A DNA stretch of 58,028 bases, taken from positions 1 to 58,028 of the forward strand of contig LCMS01000008.1 in assembly GCA_001002765.1 (NCBI GenBank). Reading direction: 5' to 3'. The notes under the pieces are model-generated. The model was not told where the DNA came from. It saw only the letters and a program-made list of their open reading frames with translations, and ran no database searches. The DNA is from Candidatus Uhrbacteria bacterium GW2011_GWE2_46_68 (GTDB lineage: Bacteria > Patescibacteriota > Patescibacteriia > UBA9934 > GWF2-40-263). This document shows positions 44,337-54,140 of the stretch, piece by piece (the stretch's first letter is position 1; the number at the start of each line of letters is the position of its first letter). The position numbers and the translations under genes are program-made.

Positions 44337-46599
44337 ATTTTGACCGTTGTTTGAATCGTGACGGTGGTCTCAAACGTTTTTTTACCAAAAGTTCCATGGC
44401 TATCTCCTTGGTTACCTGTGAGGGTTCGAGTTTTTTTCCAAGCGAGGCATTGGTAATGCCGTCAGTGACATACGGACCGAAGCGACCGGATTTGAGCAAA
44501 ATAGGTTTATGGGAAACAGGATCTTCCCCGAACTCTGCCAGTGGAGTGAGTGCGGCTTGTTTTTGTGCAATCGCCTCTGTCACCAAGGTTTGTGCCTGTA
44601 CTTCCGTGATGGTCAAAAGATCAAATGGAGGTTTGAGTGAAGTGGAAAGTAATCCCGTTTTAAGATAAGGGCCAAAGCGGCCGATGGTGGCATAGATAGG
44701 CTCGCCCTCCTTGGTATGCCCAACAAGTCGCGGAAGAGCCAACAATCCTTGCGCCTGATCGACGGTAATCGTATCAAAGAAAAGATCTCGGGGAAGCGGA
44801 ACACGTTTGGGTTTAGGCACTCCTTTTTCTTTTTCTTCTTCTCCCAGTTGCACATACGATCCATAGCGCCCCGAGCGGACACGAATATTTTTTCCTGTGG
44901 CAGGATCGGTTCCCAAAATGCGATCGGGCAAAATATCTTCTCGTTTTAGATCTTCCATTTTTTCGGTGATGTTTTGATGGAAGGGGGTATAAAATTGTTT
45001 GAGCATGGGGATCCATTCCATTTCTCCTTCCGCGACTTCATCCAAATTTTTTTCCATCTTTGCCGTGAATTGATAATCCACAATATTGGGAAAATGTTGG
45101 ACAAGCAAGTCATTTACAATACAACCGATATCGGTGGGCTTGAGCTTTTTTTGATCATCACGCTCCACATATCCACGATCCAGAATCGTACTAATGGTCG
45201 GCGCATACGTGGATGGTCGGCCGATCTCATATTCTTCCAAGACTTTTACCAAGGTCGCGTCCGAATAGCGCGCAGGTGGTTCGGTAAAATGTTGGGTGGG
45301 CGTGAGGGAAGAAAGGGCAACAGGATCACCCACGACAAGCACGGGCAACCATTTTTCTTTGGCTCCTTGATAGATTTTCATAAATCCATCAAAGAGAACG
45401 CTGTGACCGGTTGAACGAAAGACAAAATCTTTTGCCATGATATCAACACTGGTACGCTCCACGCGCGCCGGAGGAAGTTGAGAAGCCAAGGTACGACGCC
45501 AGATCAAATCATAGAGTTTGACATGTTGCGCTTGAAGAGGAGATTTGATTTCTTGTGACGTCACACGAATATCCGTAGGACGAATGGCTTCGTGCGCTTC
45601 TTGAGCACCTTTCTTTTTTGTTTTGTATTGCTTGGGTCCCGTGGCATAGGCAGCACCAAGAGTTTGCACAATATACTGCTGGGTTTCTCCTAAAAATTTG
45701 TCCGCAAGTGTCAAAGAATCCGTACGCATATAGGAGATGCGACCGGTTTCATACAAGTCTTGCGCCAACTTCATGGTTTGCTTGGCAGAGAATCCCAATT
45801 TTTTGTTTGCTTCCATTTGGAGTGAAGCCGTTGTGAATGGAACCGGAGGTGCTTTGGAGACTTCCTGTTTTTCCACCTGAGTTACTTGATACGATGCGCT
45901 TGCAAGATCTTGCAGAACAACTTGGGCCTCGGCTTCATTTTTGATGGATAACTTCTCGAGTTTTTGTCCATGGGCATGAGTAAGTTTTCCTTCAAATGTT
46001 TGCCCTTCTTTTTCAAATAGCGCATCCAAACTCCAATACTCTTCTATTTTGAATGCATCGCGTTCACGTTCACGATCCACTACCAGCCGTACCGCGACCG
46101 ATTGCACGCGACCGGCCGAAAGACCGGATCGCACTTTGCGCCACAAAAGTGGGGAAAGCTCATATCCCACAAGGCGATCGAGAATACGTCGCGTTTGTTG
46201 TGCATTGACAAGGTGCATATCAAGCCAACGCGGATGAGCGATCGCTTCTTCAATCGCAGTTTTGGTGATCTCATGAAACGTGATGCGTTTTGCTTTTTTT
46301 GAATCAAGCTCAAGGGCTTGGGCAATATGCCAAGCGATCGCTTCTCCTTCGCGGTCGCTATCGGTCGCCAGATAGACCGTATCCGATTCTTCGGCGGCTT
46401 TTTTGAGCGCACTCACCACTTTTTTACTGTCATTTGGGACAAGATATGTTGGTGCAAAGTCATGTTCGACATCTACACCGGTTTTACTTTTGGGAAGATC
46501 ACGAATGTGTCCGTAGGAAGAAAGCACTTGAAAATCTTTTCCCAAAAAAGCGGAAATCGTTTTTGTTTTCGTCGGAGACTCGACAATGAGAAGTTGCAT
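44335..46599 (-). CDS. topA: DNA topoisomerase I with C-terminal GR(F/Y)G(P/S)Y repeats
   Basis: IVESPTK, ATDSDREGE, SAGRVQS, SYMRTDS and IGRPSTY motifs. Confidence 0.97.
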   Translation of the reverse strand: MQLLIVESPTKTKTISAFLGKDFQVLSSYGHIRDLPKSKTGVDVEHDFAPTYLVPNDSKKVVSALKKAAEESDTVYLATDSDREGEAIAWHIAQALELDSKKAKRITFHEITKTAIEEAIAHPRWLDMHLVNAQQTRRILDRLVGYELSPLLWRKVRSGLSAGRVQSVAVRLVVDRERERDAFKIEEYWSLDALFEKEGQTFEGKLTHAHGQKLEKLSIKNEAEAQVVLQDLASASYQVTQVEKQEVSKAPPVPFTTASLQMEANKKLGFSAKQTMKLAQDLYETGRISYMRTDSLTLADKFLGETQQYIVQTLGAAYATGPKQYKTKKKGAQEAHEAIRPTDIRVTSQEIKSPLQAQHVKLYDLIWRRTLASQLPPARVERTSVDIMAKDFVFRSTGHSVLFDGFMKIYQGAKEKWLPVLVVGDPVALSSLTPTQHFTEPPARYSDATLVKVLEEYEIGRPSTYAPTISTILDRGYVERDDQKKLKPTDIGCIVNDLLVQHFPNIVDYQFTAKMEKNLDEVAEGEMEWIPMLKQFYTPFHQNITEKMEDLKREDILPDRILGTDPATGKNIRVRSGRYGSYVQLGEEEKEKGVPKPKRVPLPRDLFFDTITVDQAQGLLALPRLVGHTKEGEPIYATIGRFGPYLKTGLLSTSLKPPFDLLTITEVQAQTLVTEAIAQKQAALTPLAEFGEDPVSHKPILLKSGRFGPYVTDGITNASLGKKLEPSQVTKEIAMELLVKKRLRPPSRFKQRSK

Positions 46600-46637
46600 A
46601 GAGATGTCAGTGATAATGCGGGATCGCATTTTTTTCG

Positions 46638-47738
46638 TCAAGCAAGAGAGGAGACGCGAATATAATATTGGCTCCCCACATGTTTAATGATTCCTTTCAT
46701 TTCAAGCAAGGTGAGAGTGCTCGAAACGGCGGAAGAAGAAAGATGAGTTTCTTCGATGAGCACATCAATGTGTTTGGGGTCAAGCGAGAGAGTGGTAAGC
46801 AGTTGTGATTCTTCCTGTGTGGAAGGAGTGTAGGCGACAGATGATATGGCGGGCGTTTGCAGGGAAGGCAAAATATCCGTGGGTTCGGTGACGGGGATGG
46901 CCCCCATTTTGAGAAGATTGTTGGGCCCTTCACTTAAGGGAGAAGTGATGGGACCCGGCACGGCGTAGACATCACGTCCGGCATCCAAGGCCGCTCGTGC
47001 GGTAATCAAGGATCCGGATTTTTTATTGGCTTCAATAATCAAGGTTCCCTGACACCATCCGGCAATTAAACGATTGCGAAAGGGGAAGTGTTGTTTAAGT
47101 GGAGGAGTTCCCATGGGAAATTCACTCACAACCGCTCCTCCTTGATCCACAATACGTTTTGCCAAGGAGAGATGCTCTTGCGGATACAGCGTTTCCTCAT
47201 CAAGTCCGGAACCGAGAATGGCCACAGTTGTCCCTTTTTCTTCAAGAGTGATGGTGTGAGCCAGGGCATCAATGCCATAGGCAAGACCACTGACGATGAT
47301 AAGAGGGGATTGTGCAAGAGGCGTGATGAGTTGTCTGGTGACAAGTTTTCCGTACAAGGAAGGATGTCGAGATCCTACGACCGCCAAGGTGTGTCGCGAA
47401 GGATCGGGGAGGGAGCCGCGCACAAAGAGCAAAGGAGGCGGATCGTAAATGGTGCGTAACAGAGTTGGATAGAGGGGATCTTTATAATGAACAACGTGGA
47501 TATTTCGCGTTTGGAGATCCACCCATTCTTTTTGCGGATCAATGTTTTTTCTTTCCTCACAAAACGTTTTTGCTATGGGTGGTTCTATGCCACAAAGGAT
47601 CAATTCTTCCAAAGGAGCTTCAAACGCTTTTTGCATGGACGGAAATCCTTTTTCCAGTCGTGTAAGACGAATCGCACCAAACGGGCGAAATCGGACAAGT
47701 CCGAGCCAAAAGGGAATATCGTTTGGAGAGATAGGCAT
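46638..47738 (-). CDS. dprA: DNA-processing protein DprA
   Basis: AVVGSR, VSGLAYGID, FPFRNRLIAG and SGSLITA motifs; C-terminal wHTH. Confidence 0.96.
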   Translation of the reverse strand: MPISPNDIPFWLGLVRFRPFGAIRLTRLEKGFPSMQKAFEAPLEELILCGIEPPIAKTFCEERKNIDPQKEWVDLQTRNIHVVHYKDPLYPTLLRTIYDPPPLLFVRGSLPDPSRHTLAVVGSRHPSLYGKLVTRQLITPLAQSPLIIVSGLAYGIDALAHTITLEEKGTTVAILGSGLDEETLYPQEHLSLAKRIVDQGGAVVSEFPMGTPPLKQHFPFRNRLIAGWCQGTLIIEANKKSGSLITARAALDAGRDVYAVPGPITSPLSEGPNNLLKMGAIPVTEPTDILPSLQTPAISSVAYTPSTQEESQLLTTLSLDPKHIDVLIEETHLSSSAVSSTLTLLEMKGIIKHVGSQYYIRVSSLA

Positions 47739-47752
47739 ACCAAGAAACCGCT

Positions 47753-48238
47753 TTAGGCGGTTTTTGGAGAAAGATGATTCAAGAGAACTTGAATCGCTTG
47801 ATCAAGAATAGCGGGCAGTTGTGTTTCCTCCTCCGGTGTCCAACGCTTTAGCACCCATTCATCAAGAGGGATATCGGGAAACGTTGGGCGACCAATTCCT
47901 ACACGCAAGCGAGCAAGCGATGTTCCGCTTGGGAATAGATCTAAAATGGATTGCATCCCATTGTGTCCTGCCGAGGATCCGCTGTCTTTAAAACGCAATG
48001 TGCCAAAAGGGAGGTCGGCATCATCATATCCACTGACATTCATGAAAGTTTGCGGTTTACACAAAATGATTTTTTCATGATCAATCACATGCTCGGCAAT
48101 TTCGGCTTGAAGGGAAGATTTTTTACGAAAAGAAATATTCCAGTGTTTGGCGAGCGCATCCAAAACCACAAACCCCATATTGTGGCGTGTGTGTGCATAG
48201 GTGGTTCCGGGATTTCCCAGGCCGATCACTGCTTTCAT
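47753..48238 (-). CDS. pth: Peptidyl-tRNA hydrolase with an apparent ~20 aa internal deletion
   Basis: GLGNPG, TRHNMG, FMNVSG joined directly to YDDADL, GHNG, RLRVGIGRP. Confidence 0.9.
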   Translation of the reverse strand: MKAVIGLGNPGTTYAHTRHNMGFVVLDALAKHWNISFRKKSSLQAEIAEHVIDHEKIILCKPQTFMNVSGYDDADLPFGTLRFKDSGSSAGHNGMQSILDLFPSGTSLARLRVGIGRPTFPDIPLDEWVLKRWTPEEETQLPAILDQAIQVLLNHLSPKTA

Positions 48239-48242
48239 AAAG

Positions 48243-48572
48243 TTAAGAAGAGACAGCTCCTGCGGCGCGCGCATGGAGGCGTATGGGAGTTCCTTCCAAA
48301 GGAAAACGAACACGCAATTGATTTTCGAGATAATTCAAATACATCTTGTGCAAAGAATCTGCGCGTCGGGCTTTTACAGTAAGCATAAAACGTGGAGGCG
48401 CGCCTTCCATTTGTTGCAGATCGATCAGTTTGGGAGGTTTCACATCACGGTTTGCAGGAATCGGTCGACGATGCTCAATAGCTTTTTGTAAAAAAGCGAC
48501 CAAGGTTTCGTGAGGAATTTGTTGCAAACGATGGTGCTGTTTTTGGCAGAGATAAAAAGTTGAGGCGCCCAT
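48243..48572 (-). CDS. der: Der C-terminal KH-like domain in a shifted frame
   Basis: PPRF...YLNYLENQLR..FPLEGTPIRL motif. Confidence 0.8.
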   Translation of the reverse strand: MGASTFYLCQKQHHRLQQIPHETLVAFLQKAIEHRRPIPANRDVKPPKLIDLQQMEGAPPRFMLTVKARRADSLHKMYLNYLENQLRVRFPLEGTPIRLHARAAGAVSS

Positions 48573-49564
48573 GTCAAAAAAGGGATGGAGCGTTCGATGT
48601 AATCTTGATATTCATTGATCGTTGAGGTTGTTTTGCCTTCCACCAAATCCCATTTATTCACCACAAAAACAAGACCCGCGTTTGTATCTTTGAGAAGTCC
48701 GGCCAAAGTGCGCTCCTGATTTCCAAACGGTTCGGAAGCATCCAAAATAAATAATACGACATCGGCTTTTTGAATGGCGCGGATCGTGCGTTCTACACCT
48801 GCTTCTTCCAACCCTCCTGTTTTTCTGATTTTTTCTTTTTTGCGAATGCCGGCCGTGTCAATAAACAAATACGGCTTTCCATCATGTTCAATAAGGACGT
48901 CGTTGGGCTCGCGTGTAGTATGAGAGATAGTGCTTGTAATAAAACGTTCTTCTCCCACAAGGGCATTGAGCAAAGTGGATTTACCAACATTTGGTTTTCC
49001 AATAACCGCAATGCGCGTTGCTTCGATGAGTGCCTGTTCACCAGGAGGTTTTTGCAGGGTGATCAATTGTTCATAGACGACCTCCAAAAGATCTCCTACT
49101 CCATTTCCTTTAACCGCGGAAATGGGAACAGGGGCGGGGAGTCCAAGCATACGCCATTCTGGCTCATGAGCATTGGCGCGATGGCGCATAGTCTCTGCCT
49201 TGTTTCCAACAACGATGACCGGAGTGGATTGATGGCGCAAGAGGGTTGCCAGTTCCATATCCTGTGGAAGAGGCTCGTGTTGGAGATCAACCAAAAACAA
49301 AATAAGATCCGCTTTTTTAATGGCTTTTTTTGTTTGACGTATGGTGCCTTGATGAATTTCGTTTTGAAGATCCCCATCCATTCCGCCGGTATCAATCACA
49401 CGAATCACTTTTCCTTTCCACAGACAACGACCTTCTTTCCAGTCTCGGGTCGTTCCGGCCTCACGAGAAACCAAAGCCTTTCGTTCTTCTAAAAGACGAT
49501 TAAAAAGAGTGGATTTGCCGACATTGGTGCGACCGACAAGGACAACCGTAGGAAGAGAGTTCAT
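48440..49564 (-). CDS. der: Ribosome biogenesis GTPase Der/EngA (frameshifted near 48540)
   Basis: Two G domains: GRTNVGKS/DTGG/NKAE and GKPNVGKS/DTAG/NKWD. Confidence 0.92.
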   Translation of the reverse strand: MNSLPTVVLVGRTNVGKSTLFNRLLEERKALVSREAGTTRDWKEGRCLWKGKVIRVIDTGGMDGDLQNEIHQGTIRQTKKAIKKADLILFLVDLQHEPLPQDMELATLLRHQSTPVIVVGNKAETMRHRANAHEPEWRMLGLPAPVPISAVKGNGVGDLLEVVYEQLITLQKPPGEQALIEATRIAVIGKPNVGKSTLLNALVGEERFITSTISHTTREPNDVLIEHDGKPYLFIDTAGIRKKEKIRKTGGLEEAGVERTIRAIQKADVVLFILDASEPFGNQERTLAGLLKDTNAGLVFVVNKWDLVEGKTTSTINEYQDYIERSIPFLTWAPQLFISAKNSTIVCNKFLTKPWSLFYKKLLSIVDRFLQTVM

Positions 49565-51147
49565 AGAGAGGTGAGTGGATCAGGAGAGGTGGCTCCGAGA
49601 ATAATAAGGAAATCGAGAGGGGATTGTGTGGCCAAGTTTGGAAGGTCATCAACAAGAGCGGCGATTTCTTCTTGAGGAATGAGAGACCCGGAGGCAATCC
49701 ATCCGGAAGGGGAAACAATGATATCTGCCTTTATGACATCACAAATCGTTTGAAGATCACTCGCCTTGGCTCCATTGGTAAAATCATAGACCGTGGTATA
49801 GGCATAATCGCGCTTGGAGGCATTGCCGATTTTTAACACGGCCAGACCAAGAGCATCCAGTTTTTGTGAGGTGGCTGAGGCAAGACCAGCAGTGGTAGTG
49901 CCGTTTTGCACTTCTACCTTGATCGCGTTTGGATCATTCATGATCCAAGAAACCGTATCCGTCAAGCCTTGTGCAGCGATTTCCTCATCAGAAAGAAAGA
50001 TGGAAGAGGCCATGGCTTGGATCGGACGCCAGTCATTATTTTTAGGAAGGAGCACATAAGCGCCATCCATAATCGTGGCGTAAAGGGGAGAAGATTCCGA
50101 AGTATCGAGAACATGGGAGGCGATTTGGGAAGTGTCGATGGAGCGCAGGACTTTGGCCAAACGGACGATTTCCCAAACCGAGAGATTGGTGGCGATATTG
50201 TCTTCCAAGGTATTGAGAATGCTACTGATGCGGGAGGGGTTCAAAAGTGTAGAGGTGGAGAAAATTTTATTTTTGACGGCAATAAGGACTTGTTGTTGGC
50301 GGCGGCTTCGCGCAAAGTCCGATGATTCTCCATTGGTACCATGACGTGAGCGGACAAATTTAAGAGCTGTTTCCCCATCCATAGCAACCCAGCCTTGTTC
50401 AAACGAAATGGTTTCAAATCTGCAATCATAAGAAGGAGCCATGACCTCTTGAGCAGCTTCATCCACAAGAGTTTCTTCATCCATTATTTCTTCCGTCTCA
50501 GTTACGATTTCGCATTCCGCCATTTCCATGCCGTGGATGGGATACGCATAGTCGGCAAACGTTTGTTCGACATACACATCAATTCCTCCCAGGTCATCAA
50601 TGAGTTGTGCAAACCCGTCAAAGTCTACACGGACATAATAGTGCACAGGTTGGAGCAGAATATTTTCGACAACAGTGGAGGCCAAGGTGGGCCCATTGTC
50701 CTTTTGTTCCAATTCTCCATACGCATTGGCATGATTGATTTTGTACCAGCCGTATCCTGGGATGGGGACGGAAAGATCCCGCGGAACAGAGATGGTTCCC
50801 ACCGCGTCTGTAGAAGGTTGCCAGCTGGCAAAGATCATGGTGTCGGAAAGTTGAGGTCCTTCGTGACCCTCTCCCCCAACACCCAAAAGAAGAATGTTGA
50901 CGCGATCTTCATTTTCTCCGTCCAAGGTGCGCTCGCCTGTGCCAACCATTTGGCTTAAGGTGGAGAAAAAAGAAAAAGAAGAGTTGGCATTATTTGTTGT
51001 GGTGACTTGATAGGAAAATGCAGCGCTGAAGACCGCGCAAAAAATCAGAGCAGTCAAAAGAAATTTTCCATAAACAAAAAAAGGCTGTTTGCGTGTTGCA
51101 TCAAGCTGATATTTTTGTCGCAATAAATCCACTTTGATTTTTTCCAT
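49561..51147 (-). CDS. LCP (LytR-CpsA-Psr) protein with LytR C-terminal domain
   Basis: NILLLG, SDTM, SVPRDL, KINHA, SDFARSRRQQ and VEVQNGT..AGLA motifs. Confidence 0.92.
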   Translation of the reverse strand: MEKIKVDLLRQKYQLDATRKQPFFVYGKFLLTALIFCAVFSAAFSYQVTTTNNANSSFSFFSTLSQMVGTGERTLDGENEDRVNILLLGVGGEGHEGPQLSDTMIFASWQPSTDAVGTISVPRDLSVPIPGYGWYKINHANAYGELEQKDNGPTLASTVVENILLQPVHYYVRVDFDGFAQLIDDLGGIDVYVEQTFADYAYPIHGMEMAECEIVTETEEIMDEETLVDEAAQEVMAPSYDCRFETISFEQGWVAMDGETALKFVRSRHGTNGESSDFARSRRQQQVLIAVKNKIFSTSTLLNPSRISSILNTLEDNIATNLSVWEIVRLAKVLRSIDTSQIASHVLDTSESSPLYATIMDGAYVLLPKNNDWRPIQAMASSIFLSDEEIAAQGLTDTVSWIMNDPNAIKVEVQNGTTTAGLASATSQKLDALGLAVLKIGNASKRDYAYTTVYDFTNGAKASDLQTICDVIKADIIVSPSGWIASGSLIPQEEIAALVDDLPNLATQSPLDFLIILGATSPDPLTSL

Positions 51148-51271
51148 AGCGTAAGAACTGTAGGATAGCATAGCAAAAAAATGCGATTTTTCAAGCGAAG
51201 TTTTTGAGGCTTTCTATTTGGATAATCCGTTGCCCTCCTCATTTTCTTGTGTTATCGTGTTTTTCACTTGG

Positions 51272-51348
51272 GGACGCATGGCTCAGTTGGTTAGAGCGCT
51301 ACCTTCACACGGTAGAGGTCCGTGGTTCGAGTCCACGTGCGTCCACCA
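51272..51348 (+). tRNA. tRNA-Val(CAC)
   Basis: ggacgca/tgcgtcc acceptor stem, ctacc-ttCACac-ggtag and CCA. Confidence 0.95.
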
Positions 51349-51554
51349 GTCCGAATTTGTTAAAGAAGTTTCCTCGGGGCTTCGGGTGGCAGGCTACCCA
51401 CAACTATTCAAGATAGAGTAAAGGGCTGGTTATGCTACGCGAGAGAAGCGAAGGGTGTGCGGAATCGAAAATGTCAAAGACTTATTTTTAAAACTTCCAT
51501 ACGAAGTTTTTTTGTTTTTATTTAAAGAGTGAGAATGATAAGCTGATAATTACT

Positions 51555-52814
51555 ATGTTTCCTTTTTCTCGACCAACTTTTGAATCTTCTCCGTCTGCCG
51601 CCTCTGTGGAGGCAGGGTTCCAACGCACTTCGGAAGTCCTTGGTAAAGCCATCATGGATTCGGTTTCAAGTGTCCGTGATTCTTTGCCCGAACAATACCG
51701 CGCGCATTTTGAAACTTTGCGACAAGAGATCATTGATTTTACAAAAGCTCATGGGATTCCCAGAGAATCTCTTGGCAAGCCTGACCTTCTGCGCGAGTCT
51801 ACCAGAAAACTTTCCATTCCAGATCTTGAACGACTTGCCAATCTTCTTGAACGATTTGAATACCTCATTGTCAAAAAAGAACCTTGGAAGAATACCAAAG
51901 CCATCGAGTATGGAGAGAATTTTTATCACCTCAAAGAGCAATACGATTCCCAGGTCTCCCTTCTTGAACAAATAGGTATTCTCAAAGAAGGAGCCATCAC
52001 TGGTATAGATGGTCATGAATATCCCGTTCCAACTCTCGAACAAATAGCTTCTCGTCTCTTTGAACGCCGTGGCGAACTTTCCACTAAACACGACCAAGGC
52101 TTTGCTAAACTCCTCCTTGTTCCCTTTGGCATGAGCCTTGATGCTCTCCAAGAAACACTCGAACAATTCCTTCTTAAGTACAAGAAGGATCATCCCTCCT
52201 TTGATCTTTATACAGACTCACCTCTTCTGACGTGTAAAGACTATCAAGGAGCAGACATCGGAGATTTTCCTAAGCTTGTTTATTACCTACAGTCTTTTGA
52301 TCCGAAAGATCTTCAAGGAAAGACCAAGATAGAGATACTTAGGGAACAAGAAGACAATCAAGATTCCTTTCCTGGTTGGATTGTTCATCTTCTTCAACCT
52401 TCTAATCCTTCCGATCCACATTCCCCGGGTTTTGCCTCCATTCCCAGAGAAGGACGGGGAACACCCCACGGAGATCTCGTCCCTCGACCTCCTCTTGAAG
52501 CAGGTCAATCTCCCAATGAATATTTTTCTATTCTTCAAAAAGCTCGAGAGTATGAAGACTCTCCCTATCACGGTGAAACAGGTATGACTCCCGAAGATTG
52601 GATCACAGCCTTTATGATCCACCTTTCTGAAACAGGAAAACCTTTGGATGACTGGGAAAACGTCACAGAAAGTGACTCTTACCTTACAGGAGCTTTTTTT
52701 CGGTCCTCCGACCTTGTGCCAAGAGCGCACTGGAGTCGTGACCTTCATCGGGTTTTCCTCGTCCTTAGCGATAACTTTCCTAACATTGGAGTGCGGTCTT
52801 CGGTGATCGTTTAA
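51555..52814 (+). CDS. Paralog 2, putative DGR target
   Basis: High identity to paralog 1; variable tail at 52701-52814. Confidence 0.8.
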   Translation: MFPFSRPTFESSPSAASVEAGFQRTSEVLGKAIMDSVSSVRDSLPEQYRAHFETLRQEIIDFTKAHGIPRESLGKPDLLRESTRKLSIPDLERLANLLERFEYLIVKKEPWKNTKAIEYGENFYHLKEQYDSQVSLLEQIGILKEGAITGIDGHEYPVPTLEQIASRLFERRGELSTKHDQGFAKLLLVPFGMSLDALQETLEQFLLKYKKDHPSFDLYTDSPLLTCKDYQGADIGDFPKLVYYLQSFDPKDLQGKTKIEILREQEDNQDSFPGWIVHLLQPSNPSDPHSPGFASIPREGRGTPHGDLVPRPPLEAGQSPNEYFSILQKAREYEDSPYHGETGMTPEDWITAFMIHLSETGKPLDDWENVTESDSYLTGAFFRSSDLVPRAHWSRDLHRVFLVLSDNFPNIGVRSSVIV

Positions 52815-52817
52815 CCT

Positions 52818-54137
52818 TTGATATCTATGTCTCTTTCTCGACCAATTTTTGAATCCTCTCCGTCTGCCACCCCTGCAGAAGCAGGGGCCCAGCGCACTTC
52901 AGCAAACCTCCATGAAGCCATGATGGATTCGGTTTCAAGTGTTCGTGATTCTCTTCCCGAACAACACCGCGCACACTTTGAAACTCTGCGACAAGAGATC
53001 ATTGATTTTACAAAAGTTCATGGGATTTCCAGAGAATCTCTTGGTAAGCCCGACCTCCTCCGCGAGGCGACCTGTAAACTCTCCACTCCAGATCTCGAAC
53101 GACTTGCCGATCTTCTCAAACGCTTTGAATATCTACTTAAGAATGGGGAACCGAAAAAAGAAGACTATACCGAAGCCCTTGAGTACGGAGAGAAGTTTTA
53201 TCGCCTCAAAGAGCAATATGATTTCCAGGTCTCTCTTCTTGAACAAGTAGGCATTCTCAAAGAAGGAGCCATCACTGGCATAGATGGTCATGAATATCCC
53301 GTGCCAACTCTCGAACAAATCGCTTCTCGTCTGTTTGAACGCCGTGGTGAACTTTCCACTAAACACGACCAAGGCTTTACCAAACTTCTTCTTGTTCCCT
53401 TTGGCATGAGTCTTGATGCTCTCCAAGAAACCCTCAAACAATTCCTACTCAAGCACAAGAAGAAGAATCTTTCCTTTGATCTTGATACTAATGAACCCAT
53501 TTGGCTGTGTGAAGACTATCAAGGAGCAGACATAGGAGATTCTCCTAATCTTGTCTATGAGCCACAGTCTTTTACAAAAGAAGGTCATGGGAGGAAGACA
53601 AAAGCACAAATACTCGAAAAACAATCCAAAGGACAATGGATCCCTGCCCCTGTAGGAGTGTCAGGAGAGAAGGGATTGGGAACCCCCGGTTGGACGGTTC
53701 ATCTTCTTCAGCCTTCTGATCCTTCCGATCCATATTCCCCGGGCTTTGCTCCCATCCCCAAAGAAGGCCAAAGAACATCCCAAGGTGACCTCGTTCCTCG
53801 ACCTCCTCTTGAAGCAGGCAAAACCCCCAATGAATATCTTTCCATTCTTCAAAATGCTCAAGGTGATAAAGACTCTCCCTACCATGGTGAAACAGGCATG
53901 ACTCCCGAGGATTGGATCATGGCTTTTATGATCCACCTTTCTGAAACAGGAAAACCAATGGATGACTGGGAAAACGGTACAGAAAGCAGATCTTACCTTA
54001 CAGGAGCTTTTTTTCGGTACTCCCTCGGTGTGTCTTTCGCGTATTGGCACCTTGACTCTCGTCAGGCTCGCCTCAGCTGGCACGGTCCTCGTGGTCGGGT
54101 TATGGGCATTGGCTTGCGGTCTTCAGTGATGGTTTAA
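52818..54137 (+). CDS. Paralog 3, putative DGR target
   Basis: Tandem copy 3 nt after paralog 2 (first ATG at 52827); variable tail at 54015-54137. Confidence 0.8.
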   Translation: MISMSLSRPIFESSPSATPAEAGAQRTSANLHEAMMDSVSSVRDSLPEQHRAHFETLRQEIIDFTKVHGISRESLGKPDLLREATCKLSTPDLERLADLLKRFEYLLKNGEPKKEDYTEALEYGEKFYRLKEQYDFQVSLLEQVGILKEGAITGIDGHEYPVPTLEQIASRLFERRGELSTKHDQGFTKLLLVPFGMSLDALQETLKQFLLKHKKKNLSFDLDTNEPIWLCEDYQGADIGDSPNLVYEPQSFTKEGHGRKTKAQILEKQSKGQWIPAPVGVSGEKGLGTPGWTVHLLQPSDPSDPYSPGFAPIPKEGQRTSQGDLVPRPPLEAGKTPNEYLSILQNAQGDKDSPYHGETGMTPEDWIMAFMIHLSETGKPMDDWENGTESRSYLTGAFFRYSLGVSFAYWHLDSRQARLSWHGPRGRVMGIGLRSSVMV

Positions 54138-54140
54138 CCT

